Of a DNA stretch of 40,309 bases, positions 38,623 to 40,309 are shown in pieces. Below the pieces are notes generated by a model that was not told where the DNA came from, ran no database searches, and worked only from the letters and a program-made list of their open reading frames with translations. Position 1 is the first letter of the stretch; the number at the start of each line of letters is the position of its first letter. Origin of the DNA: a virus (Duplodnaviria; Caudoviricetes); IMG/VR virus record IMGVR_UViG_3300037634_001140, positions 1 through 40,309 of that record; one strand, given 5' to 3'. Position numbers and translations under genes: made by a program.

Positions 38623-38637
38623 TAGGGTGTTTCCCTA
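38623..38637 (-). other. Short intergenic hairpin TAGGG-AAACA-CCCTA
   Basis: 5-bp perfect inverted repeat just after the stop of the 200-aa gene. No U-tract. Confidence 0.35.
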
Positions 38638-38640
38638 TCT

Positions 38641-39243
38641 TTATCTATTTCTTATTGCTTTTATTGTAGCTTTTTTTCTAGTTTTTATATCTTTTTTATC
38701 AGCTCTTGTAAGACCTTCATCCTTTCTCATAGTTTTCGCTCTACCTCGAACTTCTTTAACGTCAGCTCTCTTACCACTTCTCTCTGCTCTTTTTGTTTTT
38801 CTTGCTATTTGACGTTCAGCTTTTTTAGCGGAAATAGTTTTATCTTTCTTTGTTTTCCATTCCGCGTCACTTGTAGCGCCCTTTCCAACTTTCTTTACTG
38901 TTTTAGTGTAAGTATCATCGTCTTGTTTAACATAGGTAGTTGTTTTACCCTTCTCATAAGTTGTACCATCTTTAGATCTAGCTCCTTTAGTGTATCTTGT
39001 AGCTTCTTTTCCCTCTACTTTCCCGGAAGATATAACTTTCTTTGCATCTGGATCAACTTGTTTCGCTGGAGATTTTTGTGGAAATGCACTAGCAACTGAT
39101 CCTACAGATGATCCCATAGCGTTTGTGATGGTTGGTGGAGAAGGTTGTCTAGGAGGAATTGTCCCGGCTGTAATTTGTTTAACTGGAGAAGATCCCATGT
39201 TCTTAAACGACGGCTTATTTCCTGATTTTAGTTTGAATGCCAT
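38641..39243 (-). CDS. Very basic low-complexity protein with MAFKL-type leader (200 aa); candidate internal/DNA-binding virion protein
   Basis: Starts MAFKLKSGNKPSFKNMGSSPVKQ, has a second SPAKQ, and a K/R-rich C-terminal half. Confidence 0.7.
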   Translation of the reverse strand: MAFKLKSGNKPSFKNMGSSPVKQITAGTIPPRQPSPPTITNAMGSSVGSVASAFPQKSPAKQVDPDAKKVISSGKVEGKEATRYTKGARSKDGTTYEKGKTTTYVKQDDDTYTKTVKKVGKGATSDAEWKTKKDKTISAKKAERQIARKTKRAERSGKRADVKEVRGRAKTMRKDEGLTRADKKDIKTRKKATIKAIRNR

Positions 39244-39267
39244 AGTATTATTTTTTATTTTGTTTTT

Positions 39268-39804
39268 TTATCTTGATACGGTCATGGGGATGATTCTTTC
39301 TTTTTTTGGATTATATTTGTGGCTTTCCTCATTTTTTTTCTTATTCCATTCTTTGCCTTTTTTGTAAAGTTTTTTAGCTGCATCTACAGCCAAAGATGCA
39401 CCCCCCGTTGTTGCCGCTCTCACCGCGGTTTTTTTCAAATTCTTCCATGCTTTTTGACCCTTTTCATTCAAGAACGGGCGTTCCTTCTTTTCATAGAGAT
39501 CTTCTTCTATTTCTTTACGTGTTTGTTTAGTTGGTGCAGCATCTTCTGGTGGAGTGTCTTTTGGTGTAGCGTCCTTTGTGTTATCAGCTTTTCTTAAACC
39601 CATATCTATCATACGTTGTTTATATTCTTCTGGAGTTTCTCCCCATTGATTTACTTCTTTTTCTTCTTCTTTCTCTTTTTCTTGGAATGGAGAAGATGTA
39701 GCTCTACCATCAGCTTGTCCAGCATAGTCTCTTTGTATTTTTAAAGACTCGCTACCTTTTTTGTAGTTTGGGTACATTGATGGACCCTTCATTTTATATC
39801 CCAT
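39268..39804 (-). CDS. Hypothetical charged protein with MGYKM-type leader (178 aa)
   Basis: Starts MGYKMKGPSMY. Contains SSPFQE and AAPTKQ. Confidence 0.7.
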   Translation of the reverse strand: MGYKMKGPSMYPNYKKGSESLKIQRDYAGQADGRATSSPFQEKEKEEEKEVNQWGETPEEYKQRMIDMGLRKADNTKDATPKDTPPEDAAPTKQTRKEIEEDLYEKKERPFLNEKGQKAWKNLKKTAVRAATTGGASLAVDAAKKLYKKGKEWNKKKNEESHKYNPKKERIIPMTVSR

Positions 39805-39825
39805 AATTTTTGTTTTTAAATGTTA

Positions 39826-40137
39826 TTAGTCAACTCTTCCAGTAGTAGCTTGAGTTAAATACATTTGTTCAGCTTCTACTTGAGAGAATCCTTCGTTTAG
39901 ATAATCGTTTAATGTTTTTTTCTTTTTTCCTTTTTTATCTGCTGCAGATCCCTTTTTCACGTTAAGAGTAGTTTTCTTTATTCCTTCATTAGCTGTCTCT
40001 CTATCATTAAATAAATCTCTTTTAGATTTTTTAGTTCCATCTGCAAAGTGGGTTGCTGTAGCTTTATGTTTTTTACCATCATGCATTTGAAATGGAGTGT
40101 TTTTATAAAAAGTAGGTCCATTCATTTTAAATCCCAT
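39826..40137 (-). CDS. Hypothetical basic protein with MGFKM-type leader (103 aa)
   Basis: Starts MGFKMNGPTFYKNTPFQM. Confidence 0.7.
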   Translation of the reverse strand: MGFKMNGPTFYKNTPFQMHDGKKHKATATHFADGTKKSKRDLFNDRETANEGIKKTTLNVKKGSAADKKGKKKKTLNDYLNEGFSQVEAEQMYLTQATTGRVD

Positions 40138-40141
40138 AATA

Positions 40142-40309
40142 TTATTTTTTAGTAGGTGTTTCTAGTACCTCATTATCACCTGGAAACGTATAGTTTTTAC
40201 CAGGTTTCATTATTTTTGTTTTTCCAGTTGTTAATCCGGTTCCTTTGATGTTACCTTTCTCTAATGGTTTACCATCATTTTCTTTCATACTGATATTATT
40301 ACTTGGTAT
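40142..40309 (-). CDS. 3' end of a gene entering from the right edge (partial)
   Basis: Manual translation: ...IPSNNISMKENDGKPLEKGNIKGTGLTTGKTKIMKPGKNYTFPGDNEVLETPTKK*. Stop lies 4 nt before the next ATG. Confidence 0.75.
   Translation of the reverse strand: MPSNNISMKENDGKPLEKGNIKGTGLTTGKTKIMKPGKNYTFPGDNEVLETPTKK

Larger units (their letters stand above)
1..40309 (-). mobile_element. Bacteriophage genome segment (virion morphogenesis module of a probable Bacteroidota-infecting podovirus-type phage)
   Basis: Tightly packed, co-oriented minus-strand genes: terminase, portal, capsid, tail, fibres, holin and ejection proteins. No host housekeeping genes, integrase or att site seen. Start codons are preceded by A/T-rich leaders without GGAGG. 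Confidence 0.95.

Noticed and set aside
1875-39597. All plus-strand ORFs in the track (for example 4704-5060, 8735-9067, 33183-33578, 38990-39367)
   Set aside because: Each lies antisense to a long, motif-bearing minus-strand gene and has the S/L/F/P/V-rich composition of a shadow frame.
1-40309. Stop-codon reassignment (TAG or TGA), as in some crAss-like phages
   Set aside because: Genes are intact and densely packed under code 11. TAG ends the capsid, muzzle and groES genes, and TGA ends groEL, all at sensible positions.
1-40309. CRISPR array, rRNA/tRNA genes, integrase, introns or inteins
   Set aside because: No regularly spaced direct repeats, intergenic gaps are short, and terL, portal and capsid genes are uninterrupted with no intein motifs recognised.

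Overview
The whole window is one AT-rich bacteriophage morphogenesis region encoded entirely on the minus strand. The plus-strand ORFs in the track are antisense shadows. Read in transcription order (right to left), it holds: a cluster of small charged proteins; phage GroEL and GroES; a wHTH-like protein; a small HExxH peptidase; a 3-TM holin; four tail-fibre/adhesin genes; a tandem GroES-like protein; terminase small and large subunits; portal; an acidic scaffold-like protein; major capsid protein; two ring/adaptor proteins; a 2495-aa tail muzzle/stabilisation protein; a cupin; two ejection-type proteins; and a giant protein of more than 2496 aa. The giant ORF runs off the left edge and is missing from the ORF track. 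My manual translation shows a zincin HExxH motif, a possible sigma-70 region-2-like segment and a HAD phosphatase motif, so it resembles a polyvalent injected protein. The gene set, the short-tailed (podovirus-type) architecture and A/T-rich leaders without Shine-Dalgarno sites suggest a Bacteroidota (probably aquatic Flavobacteriia) phage with crAss-like/Cellulophaga-podophage-like structural genes; this is inference. The most interesting unexplained signal is a shared peptide 'address label'. Five otherwise unrelated small proteins, including the HExxH peptidase, start with M-[AG]-[FY]-K-[ML]. An [ST]-P-hydrophobic-x-Q-like motif follows in them and also opens two of the ejection proteins. 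This suggests an uncharacterised capsid-targeting and processing system. All product calls come from motif recognition by eye; no database searches were run.
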